This document shows positions 46,673 to 63,200 of a stretch of 64,000 nucleotides of DNA, one piece after another. The stretch covers positions 11,718,878 through 11,782,877 of the forward strand of contig NW_002060943.1 in the NCBI RefSeq assembly GCF_000150275.1, in the 5' to 3' direction. The notes beneath the pieces are model-generated. The model worked only from the letters and a program-made list of their open reading frames with translations. It was not told where the DNA came from and did no database searches. The position numbers were made by a program, and so were the translations under genes. The stretch comes from Trichoplax adhaerens (Eukaryota; Animalia; Placozoa). How positions within the stretch are numbered: the stretch's first letter is position 1; each line of letters opens with the position of its first letter.

Positions 46673-49600
46673 ATTGGTCTCTTTGCTAGTAGATTTTTAC
46701 TTAACTTTTCCAACGATTAACTGCAAACTTGGACGCTACTATTTTTATAGCAAAGAAATATGATTTTAGAATAGAAACTGGTATTAGATAGATCATGAAA
46801 CAGCATTCCAACCGGGCTTAAATCAGCTCTAACCGGGATCACCAAAACTACAGAGAAAAAAATAAATGGAAGGACTTTTGAGAATGAGTTCAAATTACAT
46901 ATTAACTAGAAGTTAATTTGCTAAATAAAACGCATACAATGTTGAAACGACGAAATTAATTTTATCTAATCCCTAGAACTGCTACAAGAAGGTAAACAAT
47001 AGAGTTATTTGGAAAGAGTAAAATTGCGCTTAAATTAGAAATTAATTCGCTAGATTTGACTTGACCTTAGAGTTACAGTACTTAAATGAACCCTACTTAT
47101 TATTATTAAAACTACTATGAAGAGAAATTTAAACCAACATATGTCATTTAGAATCGGTTAAGATTATGTGAATCACTTGGAAAAATTAAAATCACACTTT
47201 AACTAGAAATAAAGCCGTTAAATTTAGCGTATATGACATGAAAATTGTTTGAACGGATTCTGCTCAGTATCACTATAGCTACTAAGAAAAGGAATTTAAA
47301 CGAGAATATATTATTAGAATAAGCTAAGATTCCACCATAGCTATAAGTTAAATAGCTAATTTAAGCACGAGAATCAATTACAGTTCTAGTATGTAAATTG
47401 ACCCCGTACACCCTATCATAGAAACTACAGCGAAGAAAATAAATGGAAATGATTTTATGTTACTAACTATAAGTATATGCTAAAATTGCTTCTTGACAGT
47501 AAAATTTAGTTGTTAAATTAAATATTTAGTAAATTTGACCAGTTTAAATTGATCCTATTCAATCTCAGAGAAATTACTGCAATAATAAATTTTAATTAAT
47601 TGTTAAGAATGGATTAGAACATCGGTTTATAAAGATATGGTATGAATTTATTAAATGAGAGATCGGGAAAGACTCAAGTTACAGCATAATTGAAGGAAAG
47701 GATTCTAATTACACCATACTGTAATTGTTAGTTATGGTTAATTATCAAATTAAACGTAAACAGTCTTTGATCTAGTTCTATATATTCTATAGCGCCAATT
47801 GCTCTAACCACTGACAGTAGAAATAAAATAATTTTATTAAGTAAGAAGAAGGCTTAGAATTATGTTTAAACTGTAACATAAGATAAATTTCATTTGATAA
47901 GATTGAACTAATCATGTAGTTGTGTACAGCATAACTGACGCTACTAGGAGATATAATTATGTGAATTAAGTCGTGTTGAGTTAACATGAACCATTATAGA
48001 ATAACGATCAATTTGTCTAACTTGACTATATCGTTGTTATAGTTTACTAAAATTACCGAGGAAAAAACTTAAATGAATTGATATATCAAAAGGAGGATTA
48101 GAAACTTATTTACTGGTAGGTCTTAGAAGAAAGATAAAAAATGAGTGGAAATGACATATTTATAACATTAATAAGGAAATGTGGGCTGTACAGTAAATGC
48201 GTGAAGATTTGTTAAATGCTTGCATGATCCATTGCCGATTGATCAAAGAACCGTTTTCTTTGCTCATACCGTAAACAGTAAAGCTTAAGACAAAGCAATT
48301 ATCTGAAATTGGAGACATCAAAATGAAAAAATTTCATAAAATTTTTCTCTAATTCTCCAATTTGGCAACATTACAAGTCAATTCATTTACTTTCTCTGAA
48401 ATCGCCAAATTGTGAAGATAACGACAAACAATGATTTTATAAACTAATGACTGCTTTCATCTTTCTATCAATTAATCCGCGCCTGGCTTCAAAACGACAT
48501 CGCTTTGATTAGCTCAATTCTAAAAATACTCTTAAATCTATGTTAAATCAAAGCTAAGTAGTCAGGCCGTATAAATATCATCAAGTGAAATAATATCAGC
48601 GAAAATTTTATCATTGAATTTACGGCTACTTTCACACTATTACTATATTTATTTTACCTTAGTTAAAGCTATATAGATGTAAGATTTCAATATTAAAAAG
48701 CTTACATATATCGCAAAACTCACGAAATTAATAAACTGGTAAAGTTTATCAGGTGTTAATGATGATAACTAAAGATGATTTTTAAAAACAACTGATAATG
48801 ACTTTCATCATTTTACCTTATTGAAGACAAGCAATAAAATTGCTCACGTTTATTCCAATGCTAAGAAATTTCTATATTGTATAGTCTAAACTTTCCAGGT
48901 TTTGACCATCCAGTAATCTCCTAAATCCAGATTACAACTACTGTATGCCAAACACTATGGATTTAATCTCAGCTTGACTATTTCAATGGTGTAGCTTTTT
49001 ATTCGAAGGTTCTTTCTTGTTCTCAAATTCCTTGTTCATGCATGATACAGCAGAAAGTATTTCAATCCTCATTCTGGGACTGCACATTTATATAGTATAG
49101 TCTTTCCTTGACAATTGAATCTAGTTCATTAAAAATAGTGACTTGTGGCTACTATTAGCATGCCACATTGATCCTTTCTTGTGTGAATACAAGTGAGTAA
49201 AACAATAAATTGTGAGTTATATTTAGTTATGCTAAATATAAATCATCCTAATTAACATAACAATATCTGGAAGCGTTTCTAGATAATTACTATGATCTTT
49301 GCATCCATTAACTATACCACCTTATGTAAGATGAGGAGATATTATAATTACTCTTGACCACATCCCATTCAATAAAAGACAGATTCGTTATACCAGCCTA
49401 GAACTAAATAAGCGAATAAGATCAAGTATAAGGTCAAGTTTACTTATGTCATTAACAACTGTCACTCAAGTCGATTTTAAGTCAAACAAGTTACACGGAA
49501 ACTATAATCTACTTTAGCATTGGACTGATGCAATAGATTGTAAAGAGTGCTAGTTATTTCATCCGTAAAAGTTGTTGCTACTTTATAATAGTAACAGGAT

Positions 49601-51201
49601 CATTTAAATATGGAATTCTATCATGATGGCTTATTGATTTACAAAGAATCTCTATGGTAACCTAAGATTTCTTTTACTAGAGTCCTTCTCCAATAATACT
49701 AGCATTCAACGACATTTAGATCAGTTGTGTAGAGTAGCTATAATTCTAGTATTGAACAAGGAATCGTCTGGCCGAATAAAAATTTAGTCTATCCAAGTCC
49801 TATATGAAAGTACTCGCTTCTATAATTAAATTACTAGAAAATATCTTCATAACACCTAGAATCTATTTTTAAATAGAAAATTATCAGCTCATGTCTTTTA
49901 TATGCTCATCAGATTAAGCATGAACGAATTGAAATTCCAAATTAATACCCTACAATTTAGAGTCTACATTATCAAATATATTCTTCGCGCTCAAGATCTG
50001 TGTATCAGCAGGATATTTTATTAATATCGAGTTGTTGTAGCCACGAGCCATCCCAAAGACATAATACAGCCATTAATCGAATTGAAGTTTCAAAATGTAA
50101 CAATAATAGTCAAAATATATCTGTCCATCGATCTTTGTATCAGTTATGTAAGATTTAGCCTTCAATGTCTACCAAAACTATACGATTACTACCTTCTGTA
50201 TCCACATGAGAGTAATAGTAATATGGAGATTAATTTACCATAGTAAAACAAAATATAAAAATATCGTTGCACAGATTAATTGATTAATTCATTTTTGTGC
50301 CTTCACAACTAATGTGCTGATAACTTATAGAGTGCATTATTCAGCAAAGTAGACCGTAAAATACTGTACGGTATACAATCAAAATCTTTGCTATAAATTC
50401 TATCATAGCCAAACACACTCATATAATAGCTTGAACAATTCTTTATTTCAATAATAGAAAAACCTATTAAAACTTTAGACGAAGAGCATATAATTACCGA
50501 TGATACCTAATAAATCTCTATCTTAAAATCTAATAATTTGCACCTATTTAAATTGAATATTGTGCCATAATTCATGAAGAACCCTCACCAAATTACTCTA
50601 ATCATGGTAATATTTATTTTAAATAAAGTTTTTAGAAGTCTGATAGCCGTCATAAAGGTCATAGAACACTTGTTATTATTATAGTAAGATAGAAAAAGTG
50701 CAATGGTAGCAAAAATCGCTACCATTCCTCCGAATAAATGAATTAAAGAAGCAAAAGTAACTGAACTATACCTCAGTGTTTGTCATTGAAGCATAAGATA
50801 AATCGTAGCATTTACTCTTATAGCAGATTTACAGACTTTATTATTAGCCCTATAATAATGTTACGCCTATAAATTACTTTCAGGTCCAGAAAATCTATAT
50901 AGAATAACAAATTCTAAAACGGATCATTCAACATCGCTATTTAAGGTCTACAATACTGATTTTAAAGCATACATAAAGTTGGTTCGATTTAAAGGAGCAT
51001 GATTATAAAATACGTACGTGCATTTATGTCAAAAGTTTAATATGGTATTTGTTGGTAAACCAATATTACTGTAATTTTACAAACCATATTCAGCCATGTA
51101 GTTTTAAATGTGATACAGGATTTAAGCATATGGAAGATATCAAAGTCTAAAATCTCCTTTTCAAAGGCGTTTGTAATTCTGCAAGTGGGCAATGGCCAGG
51201 C

Positions 51202-54200
51202 CTAGTGTGGAGCAACCTATCACAACCAAGATTAAGTTGTAATTCCTTAGTATATGCTCTTGAAGCTATCATTCAAATAAAGTTACGATAAAAGCAAGAC
51301 TTTTCATTCTGTTATACAACTTATAGAATTAGCATTAATAGTTTACTAACCACTTCCATTTTGCCATCTTTACTTTTACCAATCGTCAAAGTAGAACTAA
51401 ATCAACAAGTCATAATTCATTAAAAGTTGTTTGTTTCCGTAAATTTTCGTCCTATTTCATTACTAAATCAAAGACTGAGTAAACTCTGATAACATGCTTT
51501 TCTTTATCTAAGTATTACTAACCCTTCCTTCAATTGAATTTCCCCTCGTTTATCATTTTTCATCGTATGAGATAGCCTTAACATAAAAAATATTGAAAAA
51601 ATTAAATAAACAAATTTCGGCCAAAGAGACATATCTCGTTAATAAATTATCCTTTATACGTGTTATAGCAAATTATCGCATTGAAATATTTTATTTAATA
51701 AAACTGAAGAATTTACTAGACACTGAATCCACTTACGAGGCAGAGTCCGAAATTGTAAGTACATCGAATTTCTGAGCTGCTCGAGCAAGCATCATAACAA
51801 ATTCTATTACATGTTCGGAGGATAAGATTAAATCACCCTGGATCGCAATCATAAATAACAACATTTTATCAGATGCATTTGGAGTAAAAAGTTTCTTATA
51901 CCGATTCTATCTTTACCTTATCCTTTTTGTCAATAACAGGTAGAGTAAGTAGGACTAGACCGTCTACTTTGTTGGTTACTGTAATATCTGAAATCATATA
52001 GCAGATAGATAAATATTACAATGGTATAGCCAAATAACTTGTCGTCATGACCTGTTATAGTAACTACGTGTATTCTCTCTCCCTAGATATACATGTACGT
52101 ATTAACAAGCCATTCTTAATATATTTAATTTCAAAAATTGGGTAAAATATTTAAAATCATAAAAAAGCTTGAAGGGGCTTTTAAAATAAAGCTGTAATAT
52201 AATCTAATCTATAAGCTTTATATCTAAGCAGAAATAAAATCTTAACTCCCTAAATAGCTAGTATTTATATTTCAATATTGCTACCTGTTTTCTATCCTTA
52301 ATAAAATTACTAATTTGCTATTATATAGTAACATAATCTTTCATATTGCAAGAAAATCGAACTTCATTATGACGTTACTTCATATATGAGAACGAATTAT
52401 TTGAATAATTTGTTATAAATGAAGATAGGTGAATTTAAGAACGCATTACCTTTAATACCAACAAATGGGATATTTTGCTTCACTTTACCATTTTTATCAT
52501 CCAGTAAGTAAGCGGCCTAAAGTAATATTAAATTGGGGTTAATATGACTTGTACTCCAAAATTAAATAATTTTAAGAGCATTTTAGTGCCTTGTCTGTAA
52601 CCACGAAAATTCTTCCCCTTGGCTTGTAACCGTGGCGATCATACTTAGTTACAAAAGAAGCATACTAATGGAAAAAAATTATAAGATATTCTTATATCAA
52701 ATGCTTACAGCGGTGATTAGTATGAAATCTTTACGACTGATTATAACTTACTACTGTTTTCTCATTGCAAGTTTTATCGAATCCAGTTTGCTTAACATTT
52801 GATTGTTCCGGAGCTAAATAAAAATTGAAAAATCAATTCATTAAGCTCTTATGTCAAAATTGGGCGGTGTTGTCAATTTTGTCAGAATTCCTTAGTCTGC
52901 TTCTTATCGTCCATGTAACTGTATGCATAATAGGATAACCCCATAATTTATAAACTTACTCAAACGAGAAGGCACAAACGGACAACTAACGCTTTCAGGA
53001 TAGTTTAGTTTCTTGCCTTTGAAGAATTCACTGGCTTTAAGTTTCAAGTTTAACTGTGATTTAAGTGAGAATTGATGTGTTAGTAGGTAATTTGCATAAT
53101 TCTAGCATTAAACTGAAGACATTTGATTGAAGATGACTAAAATTGAGAGTAAGCTCAACCGATGGATCCAATAAACTTAGCTTTATGAAGCTGCTATTTT
53201 AAAAATGCGACTTAATCTATTGTAAGATTGGTGGTATTTGCTATGCAATTCATATTGAATCTATTAGTGCCCAGCTGAACAACCGAACAACTAGTACATC
53301 ACTACGTATATGGCAATTATTATACCATAAATTGATTCTATACTTTCCAATACAGCATACTGGTATTGTAGCACTGCAATATAGTTCTTTTTAAAACAAA
53401 AAAATCAAGCAATAGCCCGCAACCATAATATATTTGCAGTATCACTTTACCTGATCTTTTCGTTGAGGTGTTATATTCTTAACGTATTTTCGAACCATAT
53501 ATTGCATGTGCATGTCCCGTAACAGCTCAGAAGCCTAAAATTCAAATATTTAGATTACTTATATTGTACAGTATATAATATACACCACTATAAATATAAT
53601 ACATGCGGTACAGTATATAATTTAATAGCATTACATTCGATAACCAATCAGTCATCGGGTAATAAGGTTATGTAATACCGAAATTATGTGTATACTTCAA
53701 AATAAGTAAATCGTACGCGTTACGTTTCATTACCTCAACCAAGGCTGTTGGCGCTTTAATCCATGATTTATCTAACACTGTCTTGGGTAAATTTCTAGCT
53801 GCTGTCTCCAAAAAACTTATCCTTGCATATTGTATAAACTAAGTGGAGCAAAAATATGTCAAGAATTTTCTATTTTAGCCGGAACCACTATAGCTCGTTT
53901 ACTTTATCAATGCAGCTTACTTGTTTATTATCATCGGATAAAGGACCATTTCTAGTGATAAAGCCTTTAATAAATCTGTTTAAATTGTTGAGAGGAAATA
54001 TGGATTTTTACAAAGAATTCATATAAGAAATGCATTTTAGAGAATTATTGTATAAGTTCTCCTTACCCATCAGTTACTATAAATTTAATTCAATCAGTCG
54101 ATCAATTACGACTGCGAATTTTCTTACTTTTTTATAGCTTGAACTGCTCGCTTTCTTCTTTCTCTTAACCTGATAGCGGCTACGCGACGCCAGTTGTTAG

Positions 54201-57200
54201 CTATTATATTTACTATTTCATAAACAGATAATTAAATGAGAGAAACGGTGAGTAATGTATTAATAACAGCAATAATCCAGCGTTTGATTTGAATTCATAC
54301 CTGCAGCGATAATTCTGAGATATTCCTTCCGTTTGGTATACATACGGTACTTGGATTGAATTACGGTCGCTAAATTATAATGATAAAATAGAAGAATCTA
54401 TAACTGAATAAACTTGATTTCTTTAAAGTATTTTCAAACTATCCGCCTTTAAATATAATAATATTGTTGTAATTATATGTTATCAGAATTTAATTAAAAA
54501 TGAGATATATCATGTATTCGCAATACCTATATAATTCTTTTTCACTTGAAATTTATCTTCTGCATCAAAAAGCATCTTTGGATTTCGTAGAAATACCTTT
54601 GTCCTGTTAATGGAATTCAGTTATTCGATATGAGAGGATATATTTTTTATCTGCTGATCTTGCAACTCGTATCAATCTTTAAAAAATTTACATCATCGCA
54701 GAGCTTAAGAATTATGGAAAATGCATTGGGCCAACGTAAGAATCTCGAGTAAAAGTAATCTTAATTTTTTCGATTACATTCAGTAACTTATTAATATAGC
54801 TTCAATGTGACTATAAGATGATATAAATCAAAGCAAGTATCGCAAATTGATCCCACGTGCTCGTAAGGTACATAGGCAAATGTATTCAATAAGAGCCAAT
54901 TACGGCCGACTATAGGCAGTATATTAACTGATATTAAGAATAATTAGCTAATTGATAATGAACGCAATAATCTTGCTATGATTGACAATATGTAACTAAC
55001 TTTCCCAATTTATATTCTTCCGTTGGGTATAAATGCTTGCAAAGAACTTCAACACCATCTTTATCCTCTCCTAAAAATATGTATCGATTTAAGAAACACC
55101 GTTAAATGAAGGTGATCCTGAAGGAGACTTCTATTAAGCTATAACAAGATTAATACAATGGCATATACCGATAAAACCTATTGAGCAATTATTGATAAGT
55201 ATCCAATGCGATGTATTAGTATGGCATTAGGCGGCAATCAATGTCTACTTACCTTTCCAAACCGGCCAAGTTTGAGGACATAAGCATTTATATCTGCAAT
55301 AAATTCAGTGATATCAATAATAAAGATAAAAGACGAATATACGGTAGCTCTGCAGTACCAAACTATTAATTACATCTTATTGACGTACAGCAACTATTGT
55401 GTGTAATATGTTTAGGTCAGCAGTCGTTAAATACTTGAATCGTGTTAAATCCATGTAATCGAGATTGATATTATTAAGAAATAGTCACTTTTGTACAGAT
55501 TTGTGAAATGTCATCTAGTAAGCTACTAATTAATTCTATGATCTTAAACTTTCATTTTACCTTGTCAAAAAGAATTCAAATTGCCTTCTGTAAGCAAATC
55601 CTGCGCGACGAACTCTCAAATTTTCTAATAAAGCCAAATATTTAACTTGATGGCTAACTACTTGGGTATTAAATTTATCTGTATATAGGCAAGAGAATTA
55701 TTGAAACAAAATGAAATATCTAGTAAGCCATAGTAATTATTGTTTGTTAATTATCCCATAAATAAATATCTAAAGAAATGATTTACTTGGCCTTTTGTCA
55801 TTATTTGGTTTAATGCATCGAATATAAGAAGGAAGCTTTGAACACAGAATACTTAGTAGCTCTTCAACGCTAGTTTTGAAGTGAGTACCAGCCTTTAATG
55901 ATATTTAAGAAATGACAAAGACATAAGCCTACACGGATATGAATCATAGAACCACCTCTTGCATTTCCTTACTGTAGCTGGCCGCTTTAAAGAGTTAATT
56001 TCAGATTCCTTGTATGCGTTTCGCAAAACAGGATTTGGACTTTCCATGATAGTCTAAAAATTTAAAAAAGTAAGACTTAAATTTTTATAATTAACTAAAT
56101 AGATGTAAGTTAAATAAAAGTTTAAATTTTTAAAGAAACACTATAGGAATAGGTAGACACAAGTAGTGGTGCGCTTTAAAAAATACAGAGCTTGAATTAA
56201 CATAGTCTTGCGGAATACATATTCATCGTGAATACTTATTGTTTGTAATTTTAATACCCTTTCATGAAAAATAACAAAATATAGTACTTCAAAGCTCATT
56301 TAGGGTAAAACTTTAACCTACTTACACTGTCACAGTTTAACTAAATGATACTGTATATTAGGCCATCATTTATTTCTATTGAATGTTACATCGGGATACA
56401 TTTGGGAACCAGTTATATTAGTAAATGTTACCTCCTTTAGGTTGCGGTATAAGAGATCGTTATTTTTGTCCACAAAGCCTAAAACATAAAATAAATCAAA
56501 TGATCAGTTAGGTTTTTAAAAATAAGTAATATCAAATTGCTACTAGATATATCTCTATTAGAACCGTACGGCATTAATGACTTAACCATTACTGTAACTA
56601 TTTTCAATTAAGTCATATCTAATCTTAACCAGATATAACATTTGATGCAGGATAATCCTTACGTAATATACTAGCACCCCTTACAAAAATTATTTTGCGA
56701 TGTACTGATCAACATTAACACTCAGCATAGGTTGTGGTTACAATAATACTAACCTTTTACATCATAATCAACATCGCCAGCATAATGTTTGATCCTAAAG
56801 TTCTAAATATATAAGAAAACGAAATATAATTGCTTTCTAAATAATAAAATAATATTAGTATAATAAAAATATGATATATTATGTATAATATATTCGTTTC
56901 GTTTATTACTTGTTGCTTCAATGTCTTTAACAATTTCGAGTTTGCTTTAGAAATTTTCTGGCTGTGACTAAAAGCAAATGTCATTATATTTATAATTATT
57001 CCGTAGGCGTAATTTGACTACTATGAACGTTGTCTTGGGATCGGTAAATTCGAATGAATTTAGTCAGAATTATAATGTAGTAATCCATTTAATCGGAAAA
57101 AGCTACCTAATAAAGTATTTGTGATCGCCATGTTTGTCTTTTAATGCATCTAAAAAGTCAGAATCGGTAACATTGCCAGGCCTCAAACATTGTTCATCCT

Positions 57201-60200
57201 AAAATGATAGAATATTATAGGGTAATTATTAAATAATTATAGCTAAACAAGGCAATCCCAAAACGTAATTTGAATCAAAATAACAACACTTTGCAGAGTT
57301 AAGTTATATAACTTAATTTTATTTACCAAAACTGCGTAGATTCCATGATGACGTTCATCAAGAAGACTGCAAATTTCCTTGTTATTGAAGAAGTCTACGG
57401 TTTCCCACTGTATTATTTGATTATAAAATAAAATTTATTCTATTTTATAGGGTAAAAGTTGCTCTGGCATACATACCGCTATGAAAAAGAGTAGTAACTG
57501 TTAGCTATTAATTATAATTGCAAACAGGCCAGTTCTGGCAATTACACAACATTAAGCATTATTCCTTGCCATTTTTAAAAAGGTAATTATGAACGGTATG
57601 CATGCAGGGCATAAGTAAATAACGATGGCAAAGTATCATATGAACAACTGAATGATAGTATTATTGCGTATTATTTCAGAAAATGATCAATGTTTTTGTC
57701 TTTATTAGAATCATTATCCTATGGTACTTAACGATATTAATTCAACAGGCTATTTGATAATAAATTTAACCTCAATTCCTTCATTTTCATATTCTTCTTG
57801 CTCTGATTTTAGTATAAGATTAATGAATAGCTGATGAAGTTTTTCATTGCAATAATTGATGCAAAATTGTTCGAAACTAAAAGTCAAAAAGTTGATTGAT
57901 CTATTATTCTTAATATTAAAGAATTTTCTGGTATAATTGTCGAGAGCAGATGATAGCAATAGCACCCGTAGTAATAAAAAGATCTTAGTTCGCAAACGTA
58001 TCCTCCTAATGGTCAATTTTAACCTGTTAACTTCAAAAACTTCAAAGCCATAGATATCTAGTAAACCGAGGACACTTTTGCTATCCGTATCCTAACGAAA
58101 ATAGAATTAAAATACTTGATTAAATCAATCCATTTACGATATTTCGGCCGCTTATATTAAATTTATGATTGTCAATTGGATATATATCAACTATGTAAGA
58201 ATAGGGATCATAATAACAAAGGAGTTACTCTTTCTGATTTGTACATATGGACATGTATTGATTATGAGACCTAATTCTCATTCGATACATTTCATCAAAT
58301 CTATCATGACCGCTAAACTTCATCTTCAAGTTATAAGATCTAAAGATATAGACTACAAGATTCGATCAAGCAGGAATATTAAAGTTTGAGCTATAGGATC
58401 TGAATAGATAGATCATATAACTGCAAAATTACAATATCAACTTGTGGATAAGCTATTAGAAGTATCGTATAAATACTTTGAATAATAAAGGTTGTTTGAA
58501 CTATTTCGTGAGAGACACTTAAGAAATTGTCTTAGTATAACAACGGTAGTAACTGGAAATAACCACAACTAGTCTCTATTAACATCGATTCTAGTTACCG
58601 CTAATCTAAGAAATTTATTATTAGGTTTGTAATTAGGGCTAAGCAATGAAATCAGTCGACTTACCTTGCGTACGATGCTTGCATTAACATTTTCCACTAA
58701 CCAAGTGAATAAACGAGAATAAATAGCTTTGGCAAGGGCATCGCGAGCATAATAAGCTTGATCAATCGTCAAAGGAGTTAATGTCTGTAAAAATTGATAT
58801 CAGTGTATGAAAGTGTGAAAAACATCTATCCAGACTATCCTATTAGTTAGCAACAAATGGATTGAAATCAATACTACAAGCGGAAAATCTATGTATCAAT
58901 TTTAAGACAAAGCTCAATTTCACTATCTGCTTGCTTACTTTATCATTTCTAACATCCACTGTCCTGTGTGTTAAAGCTTGAGTAAGTTTTATTTCGGTAC
59001 ACTGAATAAGCTATTAAAAATGAAATAAAGGAACTGATTTATGTGAACTTTACAAACTTAGTTCATGGACAAATAATCGATGACCTAGAGGTAAGAATCT
59101 CCTTACATCAGCTACATTAACAAGCGAATCCTGTTTTGTGATAATGATTTTGTCCTCTTCTTCATCATCGCGTTTGAAATTAATTTCTCCCAGATGGATT
59201 ATAGCCGCTACAACTGATATGACGCTCTAATTATCAATCGAATATGAAAAAATAATTTCGTTAGTAAGGAATCGTTAATCTTCCATCCTAGCAATTTATT
59301 GACAGAATAGATTGCCTGTATGATTTGCTCAATATGGATTATATAATAGCTTCACAGCTTATGGTATGCTCTACATTAAATTACAAGCTTACATTAATGA
59401 AACACAAATAAGTTACCTCAACATCTTTATCGGAAAATTTTAATATCTGGAAAGCTTTCATAAGTTCGCTGTAATCGGAAGAATCGCTTTTTCCTTTTAT
59501 AACATCCGCATCTCCCTGTAGGCGACAAAATTAAAAAGAGATTACGGGTTAGTCCATTAAAAGTATTTACAAGGAAATGTAGGTAAATTTATCGTAAAGA
59601 ATATTGTTCTTAATGTAAGATATAGAATAATCCTAATAGAATCTCTATAGCAATTTTTAATTGCCTATTTTCTGAAACGAATATTATTTCAGTAAGATCT
59701 AATGAGAATTTTGATGTTTCTTCAAAAAGGGATTTAAATGTGAAATTAATTTCCCGACAAAGCTCTACTAATAACATGTTTAGGTTGTAATCTATCTACT
59801 ATATCTGTAATCTAATAACTTTAAAATTTCTGGCAGTATTTAAAATAAATCTTTTATCCCCTATATTGACTACCTAATTCTAATTTGTCCGATGTTCTGC
59901 AGTAATCGTATTAGAATTTTCTTAAAAAATAGATTTAAATACTAACGGATTCATTTTCTCTTTAGTTGCCTCTAATCTATGATTTGACTATGAAATGTTT
60001 AATTAAAACTGTAAATTACAACCCTTCTAAGAAAACCATTCCATCTAGAATAAGATAGAGGTTTTCTTTCAGGCATGGAGATATTTCTGTAGCAAAAATG
60101 ATGCTGGAGTAATTTTACAGTTTAATTTTTTATAAGTTTTACTGGAATATCGTAATACTTTCTTTAAAAAATGCTAGCGATGTCAATCGAAAATATTACA

Positions 60201-63200
60201 AAATCTTTTTTTGCGTGATGCTAACATGTTTTTGTATTGCAATTTCCTTAGAATGGCTTTCTAAACCTCGTTTTAATAACTTCGCACTTTGGCTATTCTG
60301 AGCTTACTCCCTCGGATTAAAGAATTTTACTCATAATGAAACTTACATTGTAGCTAATTTCCATTTATAGATACCCTATGCAATACTTCCGTAGTTATAC
60401 TAATCCTCAATGCATCTTGTCCTTATTTAGATATAGTACCTGCTTAGTGTAGTAATAATTTTGAGGATTTCTCTGCAATCGTAATGACTTTAATTTTTCG
60501 TCACTGGTACCACTAAGTATTTGATAGAAAATGTGAAAATTTCGTTCACCTAGGAAGAAAATACAGTAATTGTGATTCTCAGTTAAAAATGATATGCAAA
60601 TTAAATGTGTGTTAGCTGTTAAATGATCAAGGACAGAAAGATACAAGTATTCTGTTGAATATCAATTAGAACGCCAATTTTAAGCGTTTCGAAAATTCAG
60701 AATTGATAATATTTCCCATTAACTTTCTCGCTATTCCTTCCAATTTAGAACTATGAACTAAATCATAATATACTACAAATTGAGCTTATCACTAATATCT
60801 TCTGAATATGCTTTCCTTAAGTTGTAATGCTTACATTTAAACTATAAGTAACTCTGATGCCATACACTAGTACTGCCTAATTTTAAGGTAGCAGAACTTC
60901 AATTTGTAAAATACGGTATATAAATCTTGTACATTGACATCTTCAAATTTGAAATTATAAAAGTCTTTACAGTAAACTTTTCTTGAGTATCGCGATCGAT
61001 AGAAACTTTTAAATTATTATTTTAGGTTATACACATATTTAATTTCAATTAAATTAATGAAATACATTAAGCGACATAGAATTTGTTTAATAACCTGATA
61101 ATTGATGAACCACCCTTGATTTTTCCAGTAAATAATTTAAAATTTTACCACCAACAGGAGCACCCTATCCAATCAAATACATATTAAGATTACTATATAT
61201 TATAGAATGAAAGATAAGTTATTCAGTTATTACGATATCAAATCCAACCATGTGATCAAATTCGACATCCATATATTTCCCAAATCGACTAGAATTATCG
61301 TTACGAGTAGTTCTTGCATTGCCAAATGCCTTTAATCAATGAGCGGATATTTTTTAAATTGAGAGATGGTAGAAGTTGAAGGTTATAGTTTAACGAAAGG
61401 AAAATAAAATTGATACTTTATTGAAGATATAAACCTCTAATATAGGATTGGAATTAAGCAACATATCTCGGATATCTTTTCCTCTTGTGTGTGCGCTCAC
61501 TTCTGCTATATATTCCAAAATCTTTTTGGATGCCTCTGTTAATATATATTCAATATGTCAATACACTACTAATAGCTATCAGATTTAGAAATAGAAAATT
61601 CTTGATCTCAGGATATTCATAAACTAAAGTTGCGTTGCACTGCACAATCATTGGCCAACATCAGTAGAAAATTCAATTTCAGTTATTGCTTACCTGTTTT
61701 ACCCGCTCCACTTTCACCTGAAATTAATATACATTGATCTTGGCCTTCATTGAGCATAAATCGATAGGCATTATCGATAATAGCATAGCTATACATGAAC
61801 AAGGATAAAACAAAAGAATAGTCTATCATTATTTAGAGGAATAAATCCTTAATATCTTTTTATCTACTAGTAAATAAATTGGCCAATAGCTCAATAGAGC
61901 TAAAGCATTCAGTTCTACTCATCGATCTTACATGTGTGGCGGCTGCTCGTAAAGGTTGGCCCGGTAGTAATTCTTCATGTGTTGGGTAGTGAATATACCG
62001 ACATCTTTGTACGGATTAACCGAGACTAAAACGGAGCCGATGTATGTCTGTCGATTAACACATTAATAACATAATTTAGTCCAATTGATTCACCTTATGA
62101 TTTTCTTAACATTAGTCTTGAACCTTAAAATTAACTGTTATTATTTTAGTAGCGTGATTTTTTTTTCAATAAGATGTACTATGGAAAACGTAAACTTTTA
62201 TAAGCGTGTATAACTTATAAAATGCTAAGCTTGTGGTTATTAGCGTTAATTGCTAAGGATAGCTCCAATTTGATTTTAATCACAAAATCGAAATCTTTAA
62301 TTTTTCTACTAGACTCGATATGTGATGGAAATCTATAGCATGACTCTTCTCTATTACTATCACAAGCAAAACATGAAATTTGGTAATAAATTCCAAAGTC
62401 TAATATGTATAATAAAAGTAAGTTTTGCCATAGCATAATTAGACTTTTAGGCTTTAGTCTTTTCAGAACTATTGGTTTAAATAAGTATTTAGTATACAAT
62501 TATTATCATCGAGATCCAGTAGAATAGACCTAAGTCAGACTATTTTGCATCAATAGGCTCTAAACTTTTGGGTTTTAATCTTTAGAACTAGTGGTTTTTA
62601 CAAGTATAGCAGTATACCACTATCATCTAGATCTCATAGTCTATACCCTAGTCAGACTATTTCGCATTGGTAAGCTCTAAACTTTCGGGCTTTAACCTTC
62701 AGAACTAATAGTTTTAAAAGGTGTAGTAGTATATAATTATCATCTGAATCGGTTAGTAGTATAGACCTTCATAAGACTATTTTGCATTAGTAAGCTCTAA
62801 GTAAATAATTGAGTTCGAATTTTAAGGATCAAAATGAATTCGACTGTCTAATAGAAGCAAATTTGGCCATAGTTTATGCTCTAACTTGGGCTTACAGTTT
62901 TAAAATTTCTATTTTAATCATTCCAATACTACCAATAGCTACCCTTGATTGCAATATAAATCATTAGGATAGTGATGATGTAACAAGAGTTTTACACATA
63001 GTAATTGGATAATTGGAATATGCTAGTAGCTATTCTAGCTGGAAATAGCCGCAGTAAGGAGATTCCATGTCTATTATATTAATTAGTAACTTGCAACAGC
63101 TATAGTATATCCAACCTTAGAACTTAAAGCCATGTGGCGATAGCAGACAATTACAATTATTAGAGTTCAAAATTAATTATAGGCGTAAAATAAGTTAAAG

